DNA of 64,000 nt from Nannocystis bainbridge (GTDB lineage Bacteria > Myxococcota_A > Polyangia > Nannocystales > Nannocystaceae), in contig NZ_JAQNDL010000003.1 of NCBI RefSeq assembly GCF_028368995.1, positions 288,001 through 352,000 of the forward strand, given 5' to 3'. Positions 9,576 through 20,979 of the stretch are shown here, piece after piece. A program made the translations under genes and the position numbers. The first letter of the stretch is position 1, and the number at the start of each line of letters is the position of its first letter. Below the pieces are notes generated by a model. The model worked only from the letters and a program-made list of their open reading frames with translations, did not search any database and was not told the origin of the DNA.

Positions 9576-10547
9576 ATGTCCCTGTTCATAGTCGACTTTC
9601 GCCATGTCCCGCTCGCCCTCCTCGCCCTCACCGTCGCCTGCACCGAGATTCCCGGCGAAGACGACCTGCAGTTCCGGACCACCAATGACACCACCCCCCT
9701 CAACTCACCCGACATCAACCACGCCCCGGTCCCGGAGGTCGCGCTCGACGGCCAGGAGAACTTCGCCGGCGTGACCCTGGTCGGCCTGCGCCACCTCGAA
9801 ACCTCCAGCCAGATCTTCCAGCTCGACACGATCGACGACGCGTTGGTCGCCCGCGACGGCTCTTCCATCATCGCCAGCGGCAGTGACCTCCTCGGCTGGG
9901 AGCTCGTGATGGAGCGGGACGGCCACGAACTTATCGCCACCATCTCGGGGTATTCCGACGACATCGAGGCCCTCGCCGACGACGGCGAACCGCTGACAGC
10001 CTACGCGCTCTCCTACCATGGCCTGAAGGACGGCGTCTGGGGTCAATGGAACGAGTGCCCGGAGTTCGCCGCCAGCCCGGACTCTCCCGTCTTGACCCTC
10101 ATCCGCGGCCAGACCTACGACCGCGAGGACCGGCGCGTCGACCTCATCGATCCCGACTGGGTGACCTTCGCCTGCCTCGGCGAGGCCGCCTTCAAGGCCA
10201 AGTCGCTCGGTTACAGTCAGTCGCGCATCTTCCCCGGCACCAGCGCCCCGGCCACCCGCGCCCAGCAGGACGCCACCCTCAAGATGATCACCGCCGACTA
10301 CTGCGGCACCGGCCACAGCTTCACCGAGCAGGGCGTCGCCATCGACTGGCAGAATCGGGCGGCCAGCGTCACGCCCGCCGCCACGCCGGGCGACCTCGAG
10401 GCCGTGTGGGGCCCGGACGGCGCGCTGTGCCTCGAGGAGCCGCGCCTCAGGCCCCGGCAGGACGTCGAGGCGGAGTGCACCATCCCGAGCTGCGCCGGCT
10501 TCGACTTCACCGGCGCGTGGGAGTGGAAGTCCTTCCACAAGCCCTAG
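9576..10547 (+). CDS. ADYC-domain lipoprotein (copy 3)
   Basis: GGAG RBS, lipobox TVAC, MITADYCG motif, paralog of copies 1 and 2. Confidence 0.85.
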   Translation: MSLFIVDFRHVPLALLALTVACTEIPGEDDLQFRTTNDTTPLNSPDINHAPVPEVALDGQENFAGVTLVGLRHLETSSQIFQLDTIDDALVARDGSSIIASGSDLLGWELVMERDGHELIATISGYSDDIEALADDGEPLTAYALSYHGLKDGVWGQWNECPEFAASPDSPVLTLIRGQTYDREDRRVDLIDPDWVTFACLGEAAFKAKSLGYSQSRIFPGTSAPATRAQQDATLKMITADYCGTGHSFTEQGVAIDWQNRAASVTPAATPGDLEAVWGPDGALCLEEPRLRPRQDVEAECTIPSCAGFDFTGAWEWKSFHKP

Positions 10548-10645
10548 CGCGTGCGCGCGCAGATCGCCTCGCCGTGACCCGCGCGCGAATGCAGAGCCCC
10601 CGCGCTGCGTGACTCTCGCCGGCGAGCCCGGTAGAGTCGGGCCCC

Positions 10646-12133
10646 ATGCAGCGCCCTGCTGTCATTGCGTTCTCCAGGCTCCGCCCTGCTCCCGCCCTCG
10701 CGCTCGCCCTCGCATGTTGCGGCGGCGATCCTGCCGATCCCACGGCCAGCGCGGGCACGGACCCGTCGAGCTCGACCGGCGATCCGACCACGCCCACCGA
10801 CGCGAGCACCACCACCGCGTCGACTACCACCGCGCCGACCACCACCGACGCCACGACCGGCGACACCGCGCCCGCCGGCGAATGGCAGTTCGTCACCCTC
10901 GCCGAGCAGACCTTCCCGCTCAACAGCACCCAGGTCACCGTCGAGTTCATCCGCGCCGATCGCCCTGATGGTGGCCGCTCCTACCTGCTCTACCAGCACG
11001 CCCCCGGCGCGAACGCCCCGCTCGTCATCCAGACCCAGCCCTACGCCGGCATCGACTGGACCGGCGAGGAGGTCGACGCGCGCTGGGCCGCGCTCGGCGA
11101 CGGCGCCCACCCCGACATCGACGCCCCCGACCCCGACGCCGGAGACACGATCGCCTATCAATGGCAGGACCCGGCCCAGGCCGTCGGCTCCAACCTGGTG
11201 TGGGCATTCAACGGCTTCGCGGTGATCCACGCCTACGGCCGCTTCTACGCCGGTGGCGACCTCGCCGACGACGTGCTCGACGCGGTCGCCCCCTACGCGT
11301 TCGCGCGCACGCGCCCCGGCGAACTCGACCTCGAGCGAATCGGCGCGCTCGGCACCAGCTGGGGCGGCATGATGGCGCTGTTCGGCGCCAGCCAGGCCCC
11401 GGCCGACGCCGCCCCGCGCATGGTCGTCCCGATCTCGGCCCCCTCGGACTTCGCCGATCTATGGACCTGGTCGACCGACACTTTTTTAAATCTCTCGCTC
11501 AACCCCGCCATGGTGTCGGGCTTCTATTCGCCGTACTGGCGCCGCGCCGCGCCGACGATCGGCACCCCGCCCGCCGGCCCGGCCGCCAATCCCTACATGC
11601 ATTCCGGCCTGTGCCCCGGCCTGCCCGGCACCCTCGTCGTCCCCCACGACAGCTGGGACGCGATCATCCCGGTCACGCAGACGCAGGACCTCGCGGCCGC
11701 GTGCGCCAACGTCGAGCCGATCTACTGGCCGCGCGCCACCCCGCTCGATCCGAAGACGGCGACGATGACCCACGGCCCGTTCGCCGCCGAGGGCCTGGTC
11801 CCGAGCGTGCTCATCTACACCTACGCCGCCCTCGTCCTCGCGCTCGCGCCCCCCGAGGCCCCGACCGTCTATTCCGTGGCGAGCGGCCCCTCGCTGGTCC
11901 TCCACCTCGAGCTCGTGCTCGCCGCCCAGCAGGCCGGCGAAGACGTGGCGTGGATCGTCCCGCGCCTGCGCGAGCTCGCCGACCCGCGGCTGCAGACATT
12001 GGTCGCCGAGACCAATCAGCTCCAGCCCGGCGCCGAAGTGCTGGCGAGCGCCGTCAACCAGGTCTGGGGCACCGACTTCGACGCCGACGGCCTGCGCGCC
12101 CAGCTCGAGCTCGGCCTGCCCGACCCGCCGTGA
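10646..12133 (+). CDS. Lipoprotein, alpha/beta-hydrolase fold
   Basis: Lipobox LALAC, Thr-rich linker, nucleophile elbow GTSWGG in the context RIGALGTSWGG, candidate Asp (DAIIP) and His (THG). Confidence 0.7.
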   Translation: MQRPAVIAFSRLRPAPALALALACCGGDPADPTASAGTDPSSSTGDPTTPTDASTTTASTTTAPTTTDATTGDTAPAGEWQFVTLAEQTFPLNSTQVTVEFIRADRPDGGRSYLLYQHAPGANAPLVIQTQPYAGIDWTGEEVDARWAALGDGAHPDIDAPDPDAGDTIAYQWQDPAQAVGSNLVWAFNGFAVIHAYGRFYAGGDLADDVLDAVAPYAFARTRPGELDLERIGALGTSWGGMMALFGASQAPADAAPRMVVPISAPSDFADLWTWSTDTFLNLSLNPAMVSGFYSPYWRRAAPTIGTPPAGPAANPYMHSGLCPGLPGTLVVPHDSWDAIIPVTQTQDLAAACANVEPIYWPRATPLDPKTATMTHGPFAAEGLVPSVLIYTYAALVLALAPPEAPTVYSVASGPSLVLHLELVLAAQQAGEDVAWIVPRLRELADPRLQTLVAETNQLQPGAEVLASAVNQVWGTDFDADGLRAQLELGLPDPP

Positions 12134-12312
12134 CGAATCATCACATGTCCTGAGGGACATCTCATCCATGCCCCGCGGCCGGCTCGCTCCCGGCCGCGAG
12201 CCCTGCCAGCGCCCAGCTCGAGCTCGGCCTACCGTGATCCATCATCACATGTCCTGAGGGACATCTCATCCACGCCCCGCGCCCGCTTCGCTCCCCGCCG
12301 CGAGCCCTGCCA
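12096..12312. repeat. Imperfect tandem duplication (~105-113 bp x2) containing the 14-bp-period dyad
   Basis: gcgcccagctcgagctcggcct occurs at 12096 and 12209; atcatcacatgtcctgagggacatctcatcca occurs twice, 104 bp apart. Confidence 0.85.
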
Positions 12313-12354
12313 TCGCCCGGGTTAGCAGCCTCGCCCGGCCAGAATCGGTCACAT

Positions 12355-13074
12355 TTGCCGCGCGAGCCCGTCACCGACCGCCTCGACCGCACTCTCGGCC
12401 TGCTCGCCTCCCGGCCCTCGTGGACGGCGCGCGAGCTGGCCGACGAGCTCGGCGTCTGCGTCCGCACCGTGCGGCGCGACCTCGTCCGCCTCGCGGCCCG
12501 CGGCGTCGCCGTCGAGGCCGAGCGCGGGCGCGGCGGCGGCGTGCGGGTGCCGGCGCGCTCGGGCCTCGGCCGCGTGCAGCTCGGCGCCGAGGAGCTGCTC
12601 GACCTCTTGCTCGCGCTGGCCCTCGCCGAGCGGCTGCGCTCGCCGCTGCTGCTGACGACCCTCGGCGGGCTGCGGCAGAAGCTCGCCGCCGCCTTCCCGC
12701 CCGAGGAGCGGGCCCGGATCGCCGGCTTGCGTCGTCGGATCCTCGTCGGCCCCACCTCGGCCGCCATCACCGCCTCGTGGAAGCCGCCGCGCCCCGCGGT
12801 GCTGCGCCCGATCCACGAGGCGTTCTTCCATCAGCGCGCGCTCGAGCTGACCTACCGCGCCGGCCAGCGCTGCACCATTCGCGTCGTCGAGCCGCACTAC
12901 CTGCTGCTGAACTGGCCCGCGTGGTACCTGCTGGTCTGGGACCACCTGCGCGGCGCCGTCCGGGCCCTGCGCGTCGATCGCATCGAGGCCGCGGACCTCA
13001 CCGACGCCACCTTCCGCGTGCGCAAGGCCGAGGCGATGGTCGCCTCGCTGGGCGACATCTTCGCCCAGCTGTAG
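12355..13074 (+). CDS. HTH-WYL domain transcriptional regulator (YafY/PafB-like)
   Basis: N-terminal HTH (TARELADELGVCVRTVRRDL..G.GGG) and WYL motif (VEPHYL..WYL..RALRVDRI). Start uncertain. Confidence 0.9.
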   Translation: MPREPVTDRLDRTLGLLASRPSWTARELADELGVCVRTVRRDLVRLAARGVAVEAERGRGGGVRVPARSGLGRVQLGAEELLDLLLALALAERLRSPLLLTTLGGLRQKLAAAFPPEERARIAGLRRRILVGPTSAAITASWKPPRPAVLRPIHEAFFHQRALELTYRAGQRCTIRVVEPHYLLLNWPAWYLLVWDHLRGAVRALRVDRIEAADLTDATFRVRKAEAMVASLGDIFAQL

Positions 13075-13083
13075 CCCCGGGCG

Positions 13084-14034
13084 TCACGCCCCGAAGTCGA
13101 GCACCAGCCGCCCGCGCACGCCGCCCGCCTCGAGCAGGCGATGCGCCTCCGCCACCTCCGCGGCCGGCAGCACCTTCGCCACGCGCAGCGTCAGCTGCCC
13201 GTCCTCGACTTGCTGGCGCAGGCGATCGATCTTCGCCGTGTCGGTCAGCCCCGTGCTGACGAGCACCGGGTGCGCGACGATGCCGCGCTCGGTCGGCCCG
13301 CTCCACCCGCGCACCGTCACGATCCCGCCGCCGTCGCGGATCGCCGGCAGGATCTGCTCGTGAAGCAGCGCCGCGTCGATCACCGCGTCCACGCCTCCCG
13401 GCGCGACCTCGCGGAACCGTCGCGCCAGATCGTCGCCGCGCTCGACGATGACATCGGCCCCGAGGCGCTCGACCAGCGCGCGATCGGCCGGCGACGCGTC
13501 GGCGATCACCCGCAGCCCGTCGGCCTTGGCCAGCTCGATCGCGTAGCCGCCGACCGCCCCCGCCGCGCCCGTCACCGCCACTGTCTGCCCCGGCTGCAGC
13601 GCCAGCGCGTCGAGCCCCAGCCGCACCGTCAGCGCGTTCATCAGCAGCGTCGAAGCGGCCGGCAGGTCGCTGCCCTTCGGCACTGGCACCACCGACGCCG
13701 CCGGCGCCACGATCTGCTCCGCGTACGCCCCCTTGTGCGGCCCGAGGTACGAGACGACCGCGATGACCTCGTCGCCGACCTTCAGCCGGCCGTCGCCGCC
13801 CGGTCCGACCGCATCGATGATCCCGGCTGCGTCCATCCCCGGGATGTACGGCGGCGGCGGCACGTTCGGCAGCAGCCGCGCGATCTCCCCCGAGCGCAGC
13901 AGCACGTCGGTCGGATTGACCGCGGCCGCCCGCACGCGGATCCGGACCTCGTTCGCCCCCGGCTGCGGCGACGGCAACGTGACGATCTTCAGGACCTCCG
14001 GTCCACCGAACTCTTCGACGACGATTGCTCTCAT
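13084..14034 (-). CDS. NADP-dependent oxidoreductase (MDR / quinone oxidoreductase family)
   Basis: MRAIVVEEFGGPEVL, VNPTD, PYIPGMDAAG, GAAGAVG Rossmann motif, C-terminal GRLVL. Confidence 0.92.
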   Translation of the reverse strand: MRAIVVEEFGGPEVLKIVTLPSPQPGANEVRIRVRAAAVNPTDVLLRSGEIARLLPNVPPPPYIPGMDAAGIIDAVGPGGDGRLKVGDEVIAVVSYLGPHKGAYAEQIVAPAASVVPVPKGSDLPAASTLLMNALTVRLGLDALALQPGQTVAVTGAAGAVGGYAIELAKADGLRVIADASPADRALVERLGADVIVERGDDLARRFREVAPGGVDAVIDAALLHEQILPAIRDGGGIVTVRGWSGPTERGIVAHPVLVSTGLTDTAKIDRLRQQVEDGQLTLRVAKVLPAAEVAEAHRLLEAGGVRGRLVLDFGA

Positions 14035-14244
14035 GCGAAAGGTGATAGTCCCCCGCTGCCGCCGCGACAAGCCGCGCGGCCCTCTCGCGCGCGACCCTCA
14101 CGCTTCGCCTGGGCGACGTCCGACGCATCCGACGCGCGCATCGTCGAGACGCCGCCGAACTCGTCCCTCGCGCGCGGGCGAGGGGCGAGACCCGCAGCGC
14201 ACCGCCGCGGCGGAGGCGCGCGCAGCGGGGCGACGGCGAGCCTC

Positions 14245-14296
14245 TAACATGTCCCGGAAGACATATCCTTTTGAACATGACCTCAAAGACACATCA
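14245..14296. repeat. 14-bp-period palindrome array (4 units)
   Basis: Cores at 14248, 14262, 14276 and 14290 (aacatgtccc-ggaagacatatcc-ttttgaacatgacc-tcaaagacac). Confidence 0.75.
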
Positions 14297-15091
14297 AAGC
14301 GCATCGGACCGCTCGAGCCACGCGCCCGCCGCCAGCACCAGCGCCACCGCCAGCGGCAGCGCGATCAGCAGCGACAGCGGCCCGAGCCACGCCATCGTCG
14401 CGTCGTGCCACAGCAGGTTCGGCATCACCAGGCTCAGGGCCAGCGGGTGCCTGGCGAACGCGTCGGGCCGATACAGCAGCACGGCCGTCGGCATCGAAGT
14501 CCCGAACCACGCCGCGCACGCCACCAGCAGGCCGGCGAACGGATCGCGGATCTTCACGAACACCAGCTGCAGCGCCGCCAGCAGCACCACCACCACCGCG
14601 GTGAGGAACAGCCCGCTGCCGAACGTCCCCGCCGGCGTCACGCTGCTGCCGGCCTCGCTGTCGCTCGCGATCGCCGCCGCCATCGCCGCGGAGCTGACCA
14701 CCCCGACCGCCGCCGTCCACCCCAGCACCGGCGTCGCGCGGGCCGCCACCAGCGCCGCCGCGCGCACCGGCTTGGCCAGCAGCAGCTCGAGGCGATGCTC
14801 CTCGCGCGCCAGCAGCACCACCCCGAGCGAGCCTGCCAGGCCGACGAAGAAGGTCGGGAAGTACACCGCCATCAGGTCGTTGAGCGCCAGCACCGCGGCC
14901 ATGTCCTCGAGGGCGAAGCCCGCGCGCATGAACCCGATCGCCCGCTCCGGGAGCAGCGGCAGCAATTGGTGCGTGAACACCACGCCGCCGATCCCCACCA
15001 GCATCATGATCAGCGGCCCGCGGCGCGGCGCGAACTGCCACTCGCGGCGCACGTGGCCGCAGAAATCGAGCGTCGAAGCCACCACGGTCAC
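14294..15091 (-). CDS. ABC-2 type transporter permease
   Basis: Multiple TM helices, REEHRLELLLAKPV motif, GTG start with GGAGG RBS overlapping the upstream stop. Confidence 0.8.
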   Translation of the reverse strand: MTVVASTLDFCGHVRREWQFAPRRGPLIMMLVGIGGVVFTHQLLPLLPERAIGFMRAGFALEDMAAVLALNDLMAVYFPTFFVGLAGSLGVVLLAREEHRLELLLAKPVRAAALVAARATPVLGWTAAVGVVSSAAMAAAIASDSEAGSSVTPAGTFGSGLFLTAVVVVLLAALQLVFVKIRDPFAGLLVACAAWFGTSMPTAVLLYRPDAFARHPLALSLVMPNLLWHDATMAWLGPLSLLIALPLAVALVLAAGAWLERSDAL

Positions 15092-15855
15092 ACCTCCATT
15101 TTTCGCACGAGCCTCGCGCCCGCCGCGATCGTCACCGCGGTCCATGCCAGCAGCGCCAGCATCGGCGGCAGCAGCACCGCCGGGCTCAACTGCTGCAAGT
15201 TCCCCATCGCCAGCGTCCCCAGCGTCAGCGGATTGGCCAGCGTCAGCGCGTACCAGTCCGGCTGGTAGAACCCGACCAGCGCCAGCCCGACCATCACCCC
15301 GAGCAGCATCCACGCCACCAGCGCGCCCGCCCCGCGCCGGCCCACTGCCACCATCACCGTCGCCGCGAACGCGGTGGCGAACACCGCCGCGCACGCGTGC
15401 AGGCCCATCGCCGCCAGGAACGTGCCCGCGCGGAAGCCCGCGATCTGGCCGTGAAACCACGCCACCGCCGGCACCTGCGTCACCGCGTAGAGCGTCAGCA
15501 TCACCGCGCACGCCGACACCGTGCGGATCACGAAGTAGCGCCCCAGCGTCAGCGGCTTGGCCGCCAGCAGCCCCAGCACCCGCGTGTCGCGCTCGCGCAG
15601 CACCACCCCGCTGGCCAGGATCACCGGGACGAACGCGATCACCTTGTTCATCACCAGATCGATCCACACGAACATGAACAGCGCGAACGGATCCTCGTCG
15701 GCGAGCCACGCCGCGATCACCTCGCGCACGTGCGGCGGCGGCTCGGCCAGCAGCAGCGGGACCGCCAGCACCGCGTAGATCATCAGCGCCGCCGCCACGT
15801 ACGTCTTGCGCTCGCCCAGCGCCGCGCGGTAATCGAGCCATTGCAGGCGGGTCAT
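15088..15855 (-). CDS. ABC-2 type transporter permease
   Basis: Multiple TM helices, RERDTRVLGLLAAKP motif, ATGA coupling to the ATPase gene. Confidence 0.82.
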   Translation of the reverse strand: MTRLQWLDYRAALGERKTYVAAALMIYAVLAVPLLLAEPPPHVREVIAAWLADEDPFALFMFVWIDLVMNKVIAFVPVILASGVVLRERDTRVLGLLAAKPLTLGRYFVIRTVSACAVMLTLYAVTQVPAVAWFHGQIAGFRAGTFLAAMGLHACAAVFATAFAATVMVAVGRRGAGALVAWMLLGVMVGLALVGFYQPDWYALTLANPLTLGTLAMGNLQQLSPAVLLPPMLALLAWTAVTIAAGARLVRKMEV

Positions 15856-16592
15856 GACGCGTGCCTCCGCACCAGCTCGAGGTAGAGCTCGTCCATCGTC
15901 GTCGCCCCGTGCTCGCGCTTCAGCGCCGCGATCTCGCCGCAGGCGATCAGCCGCGCGTGGTGCATCGCCGCGACCCGGCGGCACAGCGTCTCGACGTCTG
16001 ACAGGATGTGCGACGAGAACATCACCGTGACCCCCTGCTGCTGCGCCAGCGCGCGCAGGTGCTCGAGCAGCTCGTGGCGGCCGAGCGGGTCGAGGCCCGA
16101 GGTCGGCTCGTCGAGCAGCAGCACCCGCGGCTCGTTGATGAGCGCCTGCGCCAGCCCGACCTTCTGCGTCATCCCGGTCGAGAACCCGCGCAGCTTGCGG
16201 TCGGCCACGGCCTCGAGGCCGAAGCGCCGCAGCAGCGCCTCGCCGCGGGCCCGCGCGGTCGCCCGCGGGATGGCGAACATCGCCGCCACGTACTGCAGGA
16301 ACTCGCGCGGCGTCATGTCCGGCGGCAGCGCGTACGAGGCCGGCAAATAGCCGCACACGCGCCGCACCTCGAGCGTCGCGGCCACGACGTCGTGGCCGAG
16401 CACCGCGGCCCGCCCGCCGGTCGGCCGCGTCAATCCCAGCAACATGCGCAGCGTCGTCGTCTTGCCCGCGCCGTTGTGGCCCATGAACCCGAAGATCTCG
16501 CCCGGCTCGACGGAAAAGCTGACGCCGTCGACCGCCTGCATCGCCCCGAAGCGCTTGCCCAGCGCCTCGACCAAGATCGCACTGCCACTCAT
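15852..16592 (-). CDS. ABC transporter ATP-binding protein
   Basis: GHNGAGKTT, FSTGM signature, LLLDEPTSGLD and SSH motifs. Confidence 0.95.
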   Translation of the reverse strand: MSGSAILVEALGKRFGAMQAVDGVSFSVEPGEIFGFMGHNGAGKTTTLRMLLGLTRPTGGRAAVLGHDVVAATLEVRRVCGYLPASYALPPDMTPREFLQYVAAMFAIPRATARARGEALLRRFGLEAVADRKLRGFSTGMTQKVGLAQALINEPRVLLLDEPTSGLDPLGRHELLEHLRALAQQQGVTVMFSSHILSDVETLCRRVAAMHHARLIACGEIAALKREHGATTMDELYLELVRRHAS

Positions 16593-17254
16593 GACTGCCT
16601 CCTCGCCTGTTTGCGTCTCGTCGCCTTGACCGCGGGCCCCGGCTTCGCCGCCGACTTCGGCGGCGCGGCCAGGCCCGCGAGGAACAGCTGCACCAGCCCC
16701 TCGAGCACGCGCTCCTGCGACACGCTCACGAGCCCGCTGGTCAGCACGAGCTGCTGCGGCGCCGAGCGCAGCACGCCGAGCGCGAACGGCACCGTCTCGC
16801 GGTCGACGTCGGCGCGGATCTCCCCGAGCGCGACGCCCTCGTCGACCCAACCCCGGATTTGCTCGAGCTGCGCCCGCGCGGCCCGCCCGTCGTCCTCGTG
16901 CGAGCCGATGCCGAGCGCCCGCAATTCCGGGTCCTCGCGCATCAGCCGGCCGAACAGCGGCTCGCGGGCGTACTGGCGATAGGCGAACCGCAGCGTCTCG
17001 CCGAGCCGCTGCAGCGGCGACGCGATCGCCAGCACCTCGGCCGCGAAGCTGCGCCGGATCGCCGTGAACGTCTCGTCGACCACCGCGCGCAGCAGCGTCT
17101 CCTTGTCGGCGAACTCGAGGTAGAGCGCCCCCTTGGCGCACCGCGCCTCCTCGGCCACCGCGTCGAGCGTGGTGCCCTTGAAGCCCCGCTCGGTGAACTG
17201 CCGCTTCGCCACGTCGAGGATCCTCCGCCGCCTTGTCGGGTCGCGCGCTGCCAT
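16589..17254 (-). CDS. TetR/AcrR family regulator
   Basis: ILDVAKRQFTERGFKGTTLDAVAEEARCAKGALYLEFADKETL. Confidence 0.93.
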   Translation of the reverse strand: MAARDPTRRRRILDVAKRQFTERGFKGTTLDAVAEEARCAKGALYLEFADKETLLRAVVDETFTAIRRSFAAEVLAIASPLQRLGETLRFAYRQYAREPLFGRLMREDPELRALGIGSHEDDGRAARAQLEQIRGWVDEGVALGEIRADVDRETVPFALGVLRSAPQQLVLTSGLVSVSQERVLEGLVQLFLAGLAAPPKSAAKPGPAVKATRRKQARRQS

Positions 17255-17271
17255 GAAAATCATCCTGGCTT

Positions 17272-17301
17272 AAATGACTGCCAGAGTCAAACCAGTCATT
17301 T
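17272..17301. promoter_or_regulatory. TetR operator candidate (inverted repeat)
   Basis: AAATGACTG-N12-CAGTCATTT immediately upstream of tetR. Confidence 0.7.
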
Positions 17302-17405
17302 TGAGGACGTCATCATGAGCAAAATCGCCCCGCCTCGGCCCCTCCTCCCCCCATTCTCGACTCCCACCATTCGCCCGCTCCCTTTGCCCGTGCTACGTAT
17401 CGCGC

Positions 17406-17864
17406 GTGAGCACGACCGAGATCACGTTTCACATCCGGGCCCCGCGCGCGGCCGTCTATCGCGCCCTCCTCGACGCCGACGCCGTCGCCCGGTGGCGCGT
17501 CCCGCCGGGCATGACGAGCCGCGTGCACAGCTTCGAGCCGCGCGAGGGCGGCGCCTTCCGCGTCTCGCTCACCTACGACGCGGAAGGCCAGGCCGGCAAG
17601 ACCTCCGCCCATACCGACACCTATCACGGGCGCTTCGTCGAGCTCGTGCCCGGGCGGAAGATCGTCGAATCGCTCGAGTTCGAGACCACCGATCCCTCGC
17701 TGCAGGGCACGATGACGATCACCACCACCCTCACCGACGCGGGGGACGGCGGCACCGATCTGCGGGCCACCCACGCCGACCTCCCGCCCGGCGTGGCCCC
17801 GGCCGACAACGCCACCGGCTGGCGCGAATCCATGGCCCGACTGGCAGCGCTGGTCGAACCATGA
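17406..17864 (+). CDS. SRPBCC/AHSA1-like domain protein
   Basis: IRAPRAAVYRALLD..W, GRFVELVPGRKIV and GWRESMARLAALVE motifs. Confidence 0.88.
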   Translation: MSTTEITFHIRAPRAAVYRALLDADAVARWRVPPGMTSRVHSFEPREGGAFRVSLTYDAEGQAGKTSAHTDTYHGRFVELVPGRKIVESLEFETTDPSLQGTMTITTTLTDAGDGGTDLRATHADLPPGVAPADNATGWRESMARLAALVEP

Positions 17865-19012
17865 CCGCCCCCAGCCTCTACCGCCGGCCGCTGCCGCGCG
17901 AGCTCGTCGCCTTCGCCTCGCCCGCGGGCAGGGCCCTGTTCGACGCGGCGCGCGCGGCTGGCGGGCTCGAGTCGTTCTTCCCGCTCATTGAACAGTTCCA
18001 CACCCAGGCCGATCCGGCCTTCTGCGGCCTCGGCACCCTCGTCGTCGCCCTCAACGCCCTCGGCGTCGACCCGGGCCGGCTGTGGCGCGGACCATGGCGG
18101 TGGTTCAGCGAGGAATTGCTCGACTGTTGCAGCCCGCTCGAGCGCGTGCGCGCCGTCGGCATCACCCTCGACGAGTTCGCCTGCCTGGCCCGCTGCAACG
18201 GCGCCGCCGCCGAGGTCCACCGCCCTGATGCGTCCTCGCTCCTCGAATTCCGCGCCGCGATCGAGGCCGCCGCGCGCAGCGTCGTCGATCCGGCCCTCGT
18301 CGTCAGCTACGACCGCAGCGCGCTCGGCCAGACCGGCGCCGGCCACTTCTCGCCGATCGGCGGCTACGACCCCGCCAGCGATCACGCCCTCGTGCTCGAC
18401 GTGGCCCGCTTCAAGTACCCGCCGCACTGGGTCCCCGTGCCCGCCCTCTACGCGGCCACGCAGGCGCCCGACCCCGCGACCGGCCGCCCGCGCGGATGGG
18501 TCACCCTGCGCCGCAACGCCCGCCCGCCGAGCCTCCTGTTCACGGCCCGCTGCGTCGCCGGCGGCGGCTACGAGGCGTTCGCCGCGGCCCTCGCCGCCGT
18601 CACCACGGCCCTCGCCACCGCCTCCGCGCCCGACCTCGATTCCGTCTTGCGCGCGCTCGGCTCGGCCCTGCCCGGCCTGCCCCTCACCATCGAGCGGCGC
18701 CCGCTGGTCCTGTCCGAACAGACAGGTGAAGCCGAGGCCCTGCTGGCGGCCCTCCGCGGCCTGCCGCTGCACGCCCGCGTCGAAGCCCTCGGCCCGCCGT
18801 GGCCGGCCGACGCCGTCACCCTGCTGCTGCTCGCGCTGCCCGCCGAGGCCTGGTCCGGCCTGACCGCCGAGGCCCGCGCCGAGCTGCAGCCGCTGCTCGA
18901 CCTCGAGCGCCTGCCGCCGCCCGTGCGCATCGAAGCCGAGCACGTCTGCCGCCAGCTCGCCGACCTCGGCGCCCTGGCCCGCCGCCCGGCCTGCGGCGAC
19001 TGCTGCGAATGA
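17861..19012 (+). CDS. Phytochelatin synthase (glutathione gamma-glutamylcysteinyltransferase) family protein
   Basis: TQADPAFCGL (catalytic Cys), GHFSP (His) and LDVARFKYPPHW (Asp); DPGRLWRGPWRWFSEELLDCC; ATGA overlap with the SRPBCC gene. Confidence 0.92.
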   Translation: MTAPSLYRRPLPRELVAFASPAGRALFDAARAAGGLESFFPLIEQFHTQADPAFCGLGTLVVALNALGVDPGRLWRGPWRWFSEELLDCCSPLERVRAVGITLDEFACLARCNGAAAEVHRPDASSLLEFRAAIEAAARSVVDPALVVSYDRSALGQTGAGHFSPIGGYDPASDHALVLDVARFKYPPHWVPVPALYAATQAPDPATGRPRGWVTLRRNARPPSLLFTARCVAGGGYEAFAAALAAVTTALATASAPDLDSVLRALGSALPGLPLTIERRPLVLSEQTGEAEALLAALRGLPLHARVEALGPPWPADAVTLLLLALPAEAWSGLTAEARAELQPLLDLERLPPPVRIEAEHVCRQLADLGALARRPACGDCCE

Positions 19013-19046
19013 TTCATGGGCCCCGGCCTGCGCTATCCTGCCGCGC

Positions 19047-20846
<1,800 letters not shown>

Positions 20847-20979
20847 CGCGCCCACGCGCGACGCGTCCGCCTGAGGGCCGGCCCGACACTCCGTTGCCTA
20901 TGCGCGCCGACTCACGCGCACGGGCGCGGACGGTGACAAGCTCGGGGCCCCGCGGCACACTGCCCCCGCGAACTCGAGC

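Noticed and set aside
12355-13074. WYL regulator as a marker of a defence island
   Set aside because: Neighbours are metabolic or transport genes; no nuclease, methylase, toxin-antitoxin or reverse transcriptase gene was recognised.
16859-17860. N-terminal extension of the phytochelatin synthase ORF (717 aa in the track)
   Set aside because: It overlaps tetR and the SRPBCC gene; family similarity starts at ATG 17861.
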